Assembly: GCF_006345805.1 (NCBI RefSeq)
Contig: NC_043008.1
Coordinates: forward strand, 57,226,001-57,290,000
Direction of reading: 5' to 3'
Length of the DNA: 64,000 nucleotides
DNA from: Octopus sinensis
Taxonomy: Eukaryota
How positions within the stretch are numbered: the stretch's first letter is position 1; each line of letters starts with the position of its first letter. The position numbers were made by a program, and so were the translations under genes. Positions 24,941 to 35,957 of this stretch are shown piece after piece. A model generated the notes under the pieces. That model saw nothing but the letters and a program-made list of their open reading frames with translations, did no database searches and was not told where the DNA came from.

Positions 24941-25032
24941 GCCCGCATAACTCAGTCGGTAGATCATTAATCTTTTAAGAGTTATCTTCAAGGGTGATCT
25001 GAGGGTTGCGGGTTCAAGTCCCTCTGTGGGTA
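24941..25032 (+). tRNA. tRNA-Lys(UUU) pseudogene with 19-nt intron at position 37/38
   Basis: GCCCGCATAACTCAGTCGGTAGATCATTAATCTTTTA[AGAGTTATCTTCAAGGGTG]ATCTGAGGGTTGCGGGTTCAAGTCCCTCTGTGGGTA; matches the eukaryotic tRNA-Lys(TTT) consensus; acceptor stem pairs, D/anticodon/T stems have mismatches; no oligo-T terminator. Confidence 0.75.
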
Positions 25033-25045
25033 CATCATACGTCAT

Positions 25046-25420
25046 AAGCGCAGGAGTGGCTATGGAGTAAGTAGCTTACTTACCAACCACATGGTTCCGT
25101 GTTCAGTCCCTCTGTTAGGCAACTTGGGCAAGTGTCTTCTACTATAGCCTCCAGCCGACCAAATTCTTGTGACTGAATTTGGTAGGAGTAAACTGAAAGA
25201 AGCCCATCGTGTATATATGTGTGTCTGTGTGTCTGTCTGTCTGTCTGTCTATGTATGTGCCCCCCCAACATCGCCTGATAACCGATGCTGGTGTGTTTAC
25301 GTCCGCGTAACTTAGTGGTTCGCAAGAGACCGATAGAAAATGTACCAGACTTATAAAGTATATGTCCTGGGGGCGATTGCAGGGCTGCAATCAAATAACT
25401 GAAAAAAATAAATAAAAGAA
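25046..25420 (+). mobile_element. Family A SINE
   Basis: AAGCGCAGGAGTGGCT head through GACTGAAAAAATAAATAAAAG. Confidence 0.85.
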
Positions 25421-26666
25421 TAAAGAGAATTATTCAATGATAGTAGTAAAGCCTTGTATTTTGAGGGGTCACAAAGGTTCTAATTGCGTGCTGCCCTTGT
25501 ATTTATTGCAAATAAATCTATTGCAATTACCACATATGGGTTTTATACGTGATTACAGAATATTCATTTGCATATTTTTAACTTTTGTAAAGATTTTATT
25601 ATTTCCTGAGAAACTAATGCTCCTTTCTATAATCTTGTTTTTGCATAAAATATTTATATATTTCATAGTAAATACAGAAAATATATTTGAAAAACGGAAG
25701 TATATATCAAATAATGTTACTCTCAGCTTCCTTGAAAATGCCAAATAATATGCATATTTCCTCTGAATGAAACGGGCGGCTTTCATCGTTTATATCCTTA
25801 AATATTTAATTATAACACAAGAAATAAAAGAAACGTGGGAGAGAAGATTACGAAGCTATTGTAGAATATGAAGAAAATAAAACGAGAACCAGCCTATATT
25901 CTGGCACTGAATGCATATTGAATCGCTGGAATATAATAGAAATCGTTCCTGACTGAATAAACAGCTTGAATAAATATATTATAAAACGCATTAAGAAATG
26001 TGAAAGCACAATATCAGCAAGCATAATGTAGTGTGATAGCTTTCATACCTTATAGAAATAAAAAAAAATGTATCATTCAGCTGAGCGCTAAAACAGTATC
26101 AACATAGAGCAAAAGAAAGTGTCCATATTTTGGAAGAACCTCACGGAAATAGATTAAGTGTTGTAAAATCTACTGCATTATTAATAATGATAAAGGCCGT
26201 GAACTGGCAGAATCGTTGCCACGCCGGACAAAAATATCCGGTTTTATGTTCTGAGTTCAAACTCCACCGAAATTGACTTTGTCGTTCTTTTTTGTTTTTT
26301 TGAGTGGATAAAATAATTACTAGTTGAATACTAAGTGGATGTAATCGTCCTACCACCTCTTTCAAAGTTGCTGGCTTTGTGCCAAATTTTGAAACCATTC
26401 TTAATGATAATACAGGCGGCGGTCTGGTGGAATCATCACCGCGTCGGATAAAATGCTTAGCTGAATTTCTTCCAGTTTTTTACATTTTGAGTTCAAATTC
26501 CGCCCAGGTCAGCTTTGTCCTTCATCCCTCCGGCATCGATATAATCGACTTCCTCCTCCCCTCAAAATTACTGACGTCTAAATTAGAAACCATTTACTGA
26601 CTGTCCCTGTTATGTTCTACGTGCAAATAACACCTGATAGAGTTGCATGATCCTTTCATTAAGACT

Positions 26667-26983
26667 TTATTTTATTTATGCGCCCTTTTCAAGCCTAGCC
26701 AGGCTCATGGGCCCGGTTTCCCGGTTTCTGTGACATATGTGTTCCCCCCAGCTGGGTGGGACGCCAGTCCATCGCAGCGTTACTCAAGAAACAGGAAGAG
26801 AATGTGAGAGAAAGTTGAGGCGAAAGAATACAAAAGGGGTCGCCACCACCCCCTGCCGGAACCTCGTGGAGCTTTAGGTGTTTTCGCTCAATAAACACAC
26901 ACAACGCCCAGGTCTGGGAGTCGAAACCACGATCCTACGACCGCGAGTCCGCTACTCTAATCATTGAGCCATTGCGCCTCCAC
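26667..26983 (-). mobile_element. Family C SINE with 12-bp target-site duplication
   Basis: TTCATTAAGACT at 26655-26666 and 26984-26995 flanks a full copy. Confidence 0.92.
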
Positions 26984-27359
26984 TTCATTAAGACTGGCAT
27001 AAATCAAGTACCTGCATTGCTGATCAATTTCTCACCTCGTTTGTGCGTTAGAAATCAATAACCCGTATGTCGTGGGACATTGTTGAGTGATAGTAATATA
27101 AGGCCGAATAACATGACTTACTGTCAATGTTACCGGATTTTCTAGTATTCAAGTCGACATAGCATAGTATTTAATATAAACATCTAACCATTCGAACATC
27201 GTCACTATCTTTCTAAATCTTGCTATATGTTATTTGGAATTTTCGATCCTCCAAAGTCGTCTTAGCGAATAAGTCAACCAACCTTAGTGGCTATAAATTT
27301 TGGTTTGAACAATTTGACTGCCATGCCGGAAAATAAGATATCCAAATTTTATTATTATA

Positions 27360-27778
27360 TTTTTCTTTACTACCCACAAGGGGCTAAACATAGAGGGGAC
27401 AAACAAGGACAGACAAACGGATTAAGTCGATTACATCGATCCCAGTGCGAAACTGGTACTTTATTTATCGACCCCGAAAGGATGAAAGGCAAAATCGACT
27501 TTGGCGGAATTTGAACTCAGAATGTAAAGGCAGACGAAATACCTATTTCTTTACTACCCACAAGGGGCTAAACACAGAGAGGACAAATAAGGGCAGACAA
27601 ACGGATTAAGTCGATTACATCGACCCCAGTGCAAAACTGGTACTTTATTTATCGACCCCGAAAGAATGAAAGGCAAAGTCGACCCCGGCGGAATTTGAAC
27701 TCAGAACGTAACGGCAGACGAAATACCGCTAAGCATTTCGCCAGGCGCGCTAACGTTTCTGCCAGCTCGCCGCCTTAA
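27360..27778 (-). mobile_element. Family B SINE, partial dimer
   Basis: ~190-bp 3' portion duplicated (27360-27545 / 27546-27730), then the head ending CTCGCCGCCTT. Confidence 0.9.
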
Positions 27779-28075
27779 ATTTTATTATTATAGCTGTAAA
27801 CACAAAATTATTTGTGTGCAAAGTTTGTTTTATTTTAAAGATTATGTGTACATCCATGCAAATCACAACCCCTCAAATGTCTCCAATTTAAATGTTTTCG
27901 ATTTTATCTTGAAATTAAGGCTTTGTTTGCACACATATATTTTTCTTCCTTTTTTTTTGCCAGAAGAAAAATGTGTGCGCACACAGAAGCGCCAAGCTTA
28001 GAGAGATCGTAGAGAGGAGCTGCTTACGGCGTTTAGTTACAGGATGGGTTCAATTCCACCAATGTAAGTTTAGAT

Positions 28076-28224
28076 ACATTATTTACATTATTTACATTCG
28101 ACGGATATTTGTCCTCATCTTGTCTGTTGTTAACACAACGTTTCGGCTGATATACCCTCCGGCCTTCTTCAGGTGTCTTGGGGAACTTTCGAACCTGGGT
28201 TCTCATTCTTAAGGTATTCTTCGA

Positions 28225-28262
<38 letters not shown>

Positions 28263-28488
28263 TATTATTGTTGTTGTTGTTGTTCAGGTCACTGCTTGGA
28301 ATCGAACTCGGAATCTTAGTGTTAGTAACCCGCGCTCTTAACCACTACACCATAGGAATGAGAACCCAGGTTCGAAATTTCCCCAAGACACCTGAAGAAG
28401 GCCGGAGGGTACATCAGGGGAAATGTTGTGTTAATAACAAACAAGATGAGGACAAATATCCGTCGAATGTAAATAATGTAAATAATGT
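28076..28488 (-). mobile_element. tRNA-headed, hammerhead-bearing non-autonomous element with inverted end (PLE-like)
   Basis: 133-bp inverted arms 28076-28208 / 28356-28488; tRNA-like head on minus strand (A box TGGTGTAGTGG 28352-28342, B box GAGTTCGATTCC 28309-28298) followed by (CAA)(TAA)n. Confidence 0.8.
28132..28177 (-). ncRNA. Minimal Type I hammerhead (PLE-type)
   Basis: GACAC-CTGAAGA-A-GGC..GCC-GAAAC-GT-T-GTGTT: 5-bp stem I, loopless palindromic stem III AACGTT, one extra A before stem II. The plus-strand mirror at 28387-28432 has lost the GCC and GAAAC. Confidence 0.7.
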
Positions 28489-28745
28489 GCATGATTCCTC
28501 ATCTCTTAAATATAGAACTGTAAGTTTAGATGTTAATCAATCCTTGGATGGGTAGGATAAAATAAATACTAGTAGCTATTTATCATTGATTAAAATATCA
28601 TTATTGTAAAGCCGTCTCACACGTGTATGAGTCACACAATACTACTTCTTTCAGGAATAGTGTGACGGAATTCTGTGCCGGTATTTCCAAGGATTCTTAG
28701 AATATTAAGCATATGAAACATTGATGATATTTTATTATCATTTTC

Positions 28746-28960
28746 AAGGCAGCAAGCTGGCAGAATCGTTAGCACGCCGGGGGAAAATGCTTAGCGGCAT
28801 TTCATCCGTCTTTACGTTCTGAGTTCAAGATCTGCCGGAGTCAACATTACCGTTCATCATTTTGGTGTCAATAAAACAAGTACCAGTTGAGTACAGGGGG
28901 TCGATGTAATTGGCTATCTCTCGCCCCCAAAATTTCAGGCCTTGTGCCTATAGTAGAAAG
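28746..28960 (+). mobile_element. Family B-related SINE
   Basis: AAGGCAGCAAGCTGGCAGAATCGTTAGC head; TCAGGCCTTGTGCCTATAGTAGAAAG tail into (TTA)n. Confidence 0.8.
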
Positions 28961-28987
28961 TATTATTATTATTATTATTATTACTAC

Positions 28988-29566
28988 TTTTTTTTCTTCT
29001 TTCAAATTTGCTTCCATTTCTTGCCGAGTGTCTTCCCGACTCCTAGGGCAAAGAAACTCATAGTATACATTGGTAGGCCATTAAACCAAACTCAATCGTT
29101 CGTTCATTTTTTTTTTTTTTTAAGTTAAAATACATGAGCAGCAACAGTTCTCACATCGACAATGCTCTTCTCAATACGTGTGATGTACCAGTTAAGACAA
29201 TCTTTTGCACTTCTTGCAGGGATGGTAAGCCAGGGATCATTCTCATATAATTTTCGGTTCCCTTCTTGATCATTCCTAGTGCTCCTACGATCACTGGTAT
29301 TGTAACCGCCTTGAGATGCCACATTTTCTCATTTCAATGAGTAGGTCTTTATATTTTCTGAGCTTGTCAAACTCTTTCGCTGAGATATTATGATCACAGG
29401 GGATGCTCGTGTCGATCAATAAGCAAACTTTATTGTTTTGGTCTTTCACAACAATATCTGGTTTATTGGCCTTGATGGTTCGGTCTGTATGTACTGGAAA
29501 GTCCCACAGAATGGTTACATTTTCTCCTTCAGTTACAGCCTCAGGGTGGTGATTATACCACTTGTC

Positions 29567-29567
<1 letters not shown>
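28988..29567 (-). mobile_element. 5'-truncated R4/Dong-type retrotransposon 3' end (RLE domain plus 3' UTR)
   Basis: WYNHHPEAVTEGENVTILWDFPVHTDRTIKANKPDIVVKDQNNKVCLLIDTSIPCDHNISAKEFDKLRKYKDL (PD..D..K-type RLE), frameshifted to IPVIVGALGMIKK; (TAA)n on both sides. Confidence 0.88.
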
Positions 29568-29622
<55 letters not shown>

Positions 29623-29694
29623 GGCAGCGAGCTGACACTTTAAAACCATTATTATTATTAATATTAGTAGTAGTAGTATTATTATTAGTAGTAG

Positions 29695-30228
29695 TAGTAA
29701 GTGACACTGGGTTAAAAATATGAAACCCAGTATACCCATCATGACTACCCGTCAAATAATGGTACACCAAGCACATACATAACAACCATATGTGTACGAT
29801 ATGATGATCTCATATCAAGATAAACAGCGCATGACCTTGCAGGTGGGTCCCAGTTAGAATTTTCGCCTGGTCGAGTAGCCCATCTTGTACTAAAAATCCC
29901 TCAATATGGGTTGTTTAAGGATGATGAACGAAACACCCATGTTTTCAAAGGTGAATTATCCAAACCCCAAAGAAGTCCTCTCAACACATGGCTGTGATGC
30001 TCCCCCACTACTTCTGCTCGTGATCAGAGATTCACATATCGTCAGCCACTAAGGGACATGCTCAACTGGTTGTCGTCAAACGACTGACAAGCAAATCTGT
30101 GGCATTGAGCAGAATATTTGCTGTAGCCCATCTTTTATACCAAGACAAAACAATGTACATGATAACACTTCCAGTCAGTTAAGATCAGAAGCCATGAGAG
30201 CCACTACCTGGCACTGCATCAGGGCGTA
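29695..30228 (-). mobile_element. Family D repeat
   Basis: Homologous to 3881-4430. Confidence 0.85.
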
Positions 30229-30774
30229 TTTTATTATCCAAAGAATCTATTGTAACTTCCTCTCCAATACTAAACATATTGTAAATTAAGGCGAGTGCAA
30301 TTTCCCTGTATATTTTCTGTGATATACCTCGTTCCTATAGAAACACAGGATGTAAGGAACAAGAACGGATGAAGAGAAAGCATCCGCTATTGGATTTTGC
30401 CCTTGTAAATAGGGAGAGGAGAATTGCTTTCCATATTTTCCTTTACTATTATCAATGTTTAGTTTAGCTAAATTGACAGTACATTGGGAAAGATAAATAA
30501 ACTGAAATCGTGACTGCAGCCTCCTACATTGATATTATTGTGCTTTTAGCAGATAATACGAATCTTGGAGTTGATTTTATATTCATTTTTCCCTTTTTAT
30601 AATTGAACGTCTTTTAAAATAAAACGTTATCGGTTTCGTTTATCGAAGAGAAGGAGAGAAAAACACGAAATGAAAAACGATGAAGAAAAATATTCAAGTT
30701 GTTTGATATCAGAATCATACTTTAACACACATTCTGTTACGTGAGAAATATACATCAATTACATGTTTTGTATG

Positions 30775-30942
30775 CCATATGTATATATATATATATATAG
30801 ATATATATATATATATGTTTATATATATATATATATATATATTTATATGTATATATGTATATGTATATGTATAATGTATATATATGTATTTGTATATGTA
30901 TATATGTATATATCTGTATATATATATGTATATATATATATT

Positions 30943-30973
<31 letters not shown>

Positions 30974-31330
30974 GTATATATATATATATGTATATATATT
31001 ATATATATATATATATGTATATATATGTATATATATAATATATATATATATATATGTAATATATATATAATATATATATTTATATATATATAATATTTGT
31101 AGTATATATATTATAATATATATAATATATATATAAGTAGGTGAATGAATTATCCTATGTTTATCGTCAGCATGGAACATTCGTTCGACTCCATTCTTTC
31201 ATTTATTCATATATAATAGATAGATATATAATATATATATATATATATAATATATATATATTCTTATATATATACACACATGATATATATATATATATTT
31301 ATATATACACATTATACATATAGATAGATA
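30775..31330. repeat. (TA)n/(TATG)n low-complexity tract
   Basis: Seen directly; source of the IYIY ORFs. Confidence 0.92.
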
Positions 31331-31779
31331 TAAATATTCACATCTGAGTGTACATATTACATGTGGGTCTACATATACATATGTATATACACGCATGTAT
31401 ATATACATGCATATGCATGCATATATATGTATACACAATGAAAAGAGAAATAGATAGACAGAGAGACAGACAAAGCAGACTAGTTGGAATATTGTTTAAT
31501 AATTATAAAGGTTCCCACTGGAAAACACTTCTAGAATTTTTTTTTGAAGCAGCTTTTAACGTAGCTTCTAAGGAATCCAAGCGTGTGACTGAAAACGTGA
31601 AAACAGAAGCTGTGATCATTCACATTCAGAAGGACAGATGCTGCAATTCAAAGGTCGGCTCTGTGCAATTCTTTATGACATTGATAGGCCGTAAGGATCA
31701 CATTAGAAATACAAGCGTTTGTAGAATACTCGGCCGCATACAATGTAGTTTTCATGAATCATAGATATTCAACATATTA

Positions 31780-32076
31780 TCTTTATATATAAAAGTCAAG
31801 TTGTGTGTCTGTCTCCTACGATTCAGATTCCTAACTACTCCCACATTTTGCGGTGCAGTTTAACCAAAACCTGGTATCTTATAGTCGTGATTCATATCGA
31901 GCCCTTCTGGGTATTAGTGCGCGTGGACGATGAGTCTACGATTTAAAAAAAAATTTACCATCATTTTTTTTCCATTTTTAATGCATTTTTTGCCATTTTT
32001 TTGTCTATAACTCTCTAAAAATGCTTATATAGTTATTTCCCTTACAAACCCGAGCAACGCCGGGCGATACTGCTAG
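31780..32076 (+). mobile_element. Non-autonomous Helitron
   Basis: A|TC..CTAG|T insertion geometry; subterminal hairpin CCCG-AGCAACGC-CGGG (32049-32064) ending 8 nt before CTAG. Confidence 0.8.
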
Positions 32077-32269
32077 TGTGTATATAAAACCTTTTATCTT
32101 TTCTTCCAGTCACTGACCTGACCCATGCCTTGCCGGGTTTACATGGACAAATCGATCTCAGTACTTGAGTTTCAAGCTTGGTACTTAGTCTATCGGTCGC
32201 TTCAGCCGAACCGCAAGATTACGGGGACTTAAATTATCACGGTTGTCCAACGATGTTGTGTATATGCAT

Positions 32270-32645
32270 ATATACTCTTTTATTTGTTTCAATCATTTGA
32301 CTGCGACCATGCTGGAGCACCGCCTTTAGTCAAGCAAATCGACCCCAGGACTTATTCTTTGTAAGCCTAGTTCTTATTCTATCGGTCTCTTTTGCCAAAC
32401 CGCTAAGTTACGGGGGCGTTAACACACCAGTATCGGTTGTCAAGTGATGTTGGGGGTGGTGACAAACACATACACACAAACATATACACACACACATACA
32501 TATATATAAATACATATATACGACGAGCTTCTTTCAGTTTCCGTCTACCAGATCCACTCACAAGTCTTTGGTCGGCTCGAGGCTATAGAAAAAGATACTT
32601 GCCCAAGGTGCCACACAGTGAGACTGAACCCGGAACCATGTGATT
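32270..32645 (-). mobile_element. Family A SINE
   Basis: Same blocks as 111-527. Confidence 0.85.
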
Positions 32646-33469
32646 CGTATAATCTGAGAAAAATATTCTAGCACTCTACGCCCGCAATTTTAATTCTAAT
32701 GTATGATATATAATATTATATATTCCAGTGTATAATATATAATGAAACGTTATATATTGAAACATTATAGACTTCTTCCATTTTCCCGAGCGTTAAACAC
32801 TCTTGTTTCTTCTTTCTCCCCATGTTTGTGTTTCTTTATCTGGTACATGTATATACATGGTGGGGGCGGAATTTCAAAGGAAAATAATCAATTCTACTCA
32901 ATTTTTGGTTTGACAGCGAGAAAATAGTCGTATCAGATTTCTAAATGGTTTTGGTACATTATTTTAGGCATGTAGAAAACAAAAGTTATTAAGATTTAGA
33001 AATTTCAAATTTTACTAATAATAAATAATCGCTCAGCGTAAACATCTACACATATATAAACTTACACACACACACACACACACACACACGCAGACGCATA
33101 ACGCACACATATACAGACACAAGAATATATGTATATAAGCTTGTATAAGTACATAAATGTAACAGATATATACGTATGTACATATGCATATACAGGTATA
33201 CAAGTCAACATTTATCGACATAAACACCTATATATATATAGGTATATATAGGTATATATTCATATGTATGCGCACTTACATGTTTACATGTGCATATATA
33301 TGTGTGCGAGTGTATGCGTATATGTATAGATATATATATGTATACATACACATATATATATATATAGGTGTATATATATATATATATATACATACACATG
33401 CACATTTATACACATTTATATATAGGTATATTTATATGTATATATGTGAGTGTAAAGATATATATTTAC

Positions 33470-33524
<55 letters not shown>

Positions 33525-33585
33525 CAAACAGACAGATAGATAGACAAACAGATAGATAGACAAACAGACAGATAGATAGACAAAC

Positions 33586-33661
<76 letters not shown>
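33470..33661. repeat. (GATA)n/(GACA)n tetranucleotide repeat
   Basis: Seen directly. Confidence 0.93.
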
Positions 33662-33662
<1 letters not shown>

Positions 33663-33963
33663 CAATGCTATGATTTTTATGGCTTCAACCTGTTACTGAA
33701 CGTAGGCCTACTTAGATCGTTAACAAATTGTTATTTCTTGTCCGCCATACATTCATCTCAATCTTGTCTCACATTTTCTCGTGTTTCTTAATGGATATTA
33801 TATGTTAATGGTGCACACAAGACATGGCATCCTTAGCATAGTGACATATTTCGGAATCGACCAAATGTTGACAAACATACTTTCAAACATATATATATAG
33901 GTGTGTGGGTATGTATGTATATTTGTGTGTGTGTGTGAGTATGTATACATATATGTGTATGTA

Positions 33964-34026
<63 letters not shown>

Positions 34027-34029
34027 AAG

Positions 34030-35330
34030 TAAGACTGTCACAGAAGGAATGGAAAAGAAAATTAGAAAATACTTCAAAAGATTTAACCTAAAGTTCACTT
34101 TCGAATACGGCAAGAAGATAGTTAACGTCTTAGATACGAGGCTAAATATTAACTCTGGTTTGTAGTGGGTTGTCTAGAAAGTTCGTGCCGAATTTTCAAG
34201 GAAAGAAAATGGTCAATAAATACTTGCCATTACATTTTAATCAACCAAATATGAACCATTTTGTTGCACAATGCGTCTCCATCTTTCCTTTAACTTGAAA
34301 ATACCCTCTTCCCAGAATTGAGGTGGTTTCATGACAAAGAATTAATCAAGGTATCTTTTTACGTCATCCAAGGAATTGAAATTTTTACCATTAAGTCTAT
34401 TCTGCAGAGACCTGAATAAGTGGAAATCCGAAGGAGCAATATCTGGTGAATATGGAGGGTGGAATAACACATCCCAGCCGAGCTGCAGCAATTTTTGTCT
34501 GGTTCCCAAAGCATCAAGTGCCGAAAATGAACTTTCTCATCTTCCATTTTAAAGGGTTACAGAATTAACACAGGTTATAGGGATATAAACCTTCTTCCAC
34601 GAAAAGATAGCTTAAACTGGGCTCTAAATGGAGGTGAAGGCAAATCCTATTTTATGGACTCAACCATGTTCTAAAATAAGTCGAAAGCTAAGCTACTATA
34701 AATTGGCACGAACTTTCCGGACAACCCAATATTATCCCTATAGAAAACCAGATGAGCTTACTAAGTATGTGAACAGATTCTTTGATCACCACCACCCCTC
34801 AAATGTACTAAAATCATTAGTAAAAGCTAAATTTAACTAAGGGTGTGAAAAAGACCTACATTGCTAGAAATAGGAGCTAAATGTTCCAATGCCCGTACAA
34901 AGCACATAACATATATTCTGATAGGGGTTGCAATCGCCCGAACACCGAACCAAGTATTCCTTAGGCCGACCGTCCAGTTCTGGCTATTTCTGTTGCCACC
35001 TTCAGCAAGGCCATCGCGTTCGGTCGATTCCGGGCTAGCTGGCTTATCAGAGTCTATATATTCAGTATAAAAATCTATGGACGATTTAGTAGATCGCTAA
35101 TGTGTATACAAGAAAAAAAAACACCTGTTTGCAACGTTATACCATAAGGGAAAATTCTGAAGCTGACTGGTCAGTCTAAGGACGTCTCGGTTCGGCGTTC
35201 GGGGCGATTGCAGCCCTTTCAGAGTATATGTCATGTACTTTATAACAGGCAATGTAGGTGTTAAACAAGTTTAGTTGACGGCTATAATTTTCCTTTGTGG
35301 TACAACGTTGGAAACAGCTGTTTTTATTAA
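34030..35330 (+). pseudogene. Penelope-like element remnant (RT C-terminal/thumb region and rearranged 3' part)
   Basis: KKIRKYFKRFNLKFTFEYGKKIVNVLDTRLNINSGL + YYPYRKPDELTKYVNRFFDHHHPSNVLK resembles the PLE RT motif VNFLDV.LNL..G.YKPYRKP...YV...SNHP; internal inverted segments ~34870-34965/35175-35270 and ~35110-35156/35287-35330. Confidence 0.7.
34165..34729 (-). mobile_element. Internally deleted mariner with ~30-bp TIRs and TA duplication
   Basis: TIRs GTGGGTTGTCTAGAAAGTTCGTGCCG / GGCACGAACTTTCCGGACAACCCAA; TA at 34163-64 and 34730-31; minus strand MEDEKVHFRHLML and HPPYSPDIAPSDFHLFRSL..RWRRIV. Confidence 0.92.
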
Positions 35331-35698
35331 TTCTACATACATACATACATACATACATACATACATACATACGTGTGGGGCGGGGGCGTGAAGGAATGTA
35401 AGATAAGCGTAAGAGAGAGTTCTGTTTTTTTCTAGCAAATCTGAAATGATAGGCCGCTCTACGAAAATTAAACATATTGCTTAAAGTACAGACGCCATTT
35501 CTCTTTGTTATTAAGAAATGTTTTGACATTTATTGACGCCTGATTGTTTGTTCTTACCTTTCCACAGATCTGGCGTTCAATAGGTTTTAACTAGAAACAC
35601 ACATATGTAAGCTTGACCTTTATTTCTGCTATCCTGTTTCTCTGCTCGAGTTTCATTGTTCTGTGAAAAGAGGATAAGAAAGCAAGTATACGTGTGTA

Positions 35699-35730
<32 letters not shown>

Positions 35731-35957
35731 CATACGTCTGTTTATGTGTACGTGCGTGTGCATGCGTGTATCTATGTATATATAAATAAGCTATATGTAT
35801 ATACTTAAATATATATATATCACGTGATCACGTGACCGACCAGACCATCAGATGTTGTTACACATCGCTGGTCACAATGCGTTCGCATTGTTTTAACCTT
35901 CGAATGACGCCATCCCGCTGGCTAAGAGAGCAGGCCAATATATATATATATATATAT

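Noticed and set aside
28284-28355. tRNA gene call for tRNA-like heads here and in SINE families A-C
   Set aside because: A and B boxes are present, but the acceptor stems are incomplete and the heads continue into repeat bodies; they are SINE heads, not tRNA genes.
34905-34960. CTGATAGGGG..CCCGAAC hammerhead-like remnant in the PLE relic
   Set aside because: Both core boxes carry deletions; cannot be called a ribozyme.
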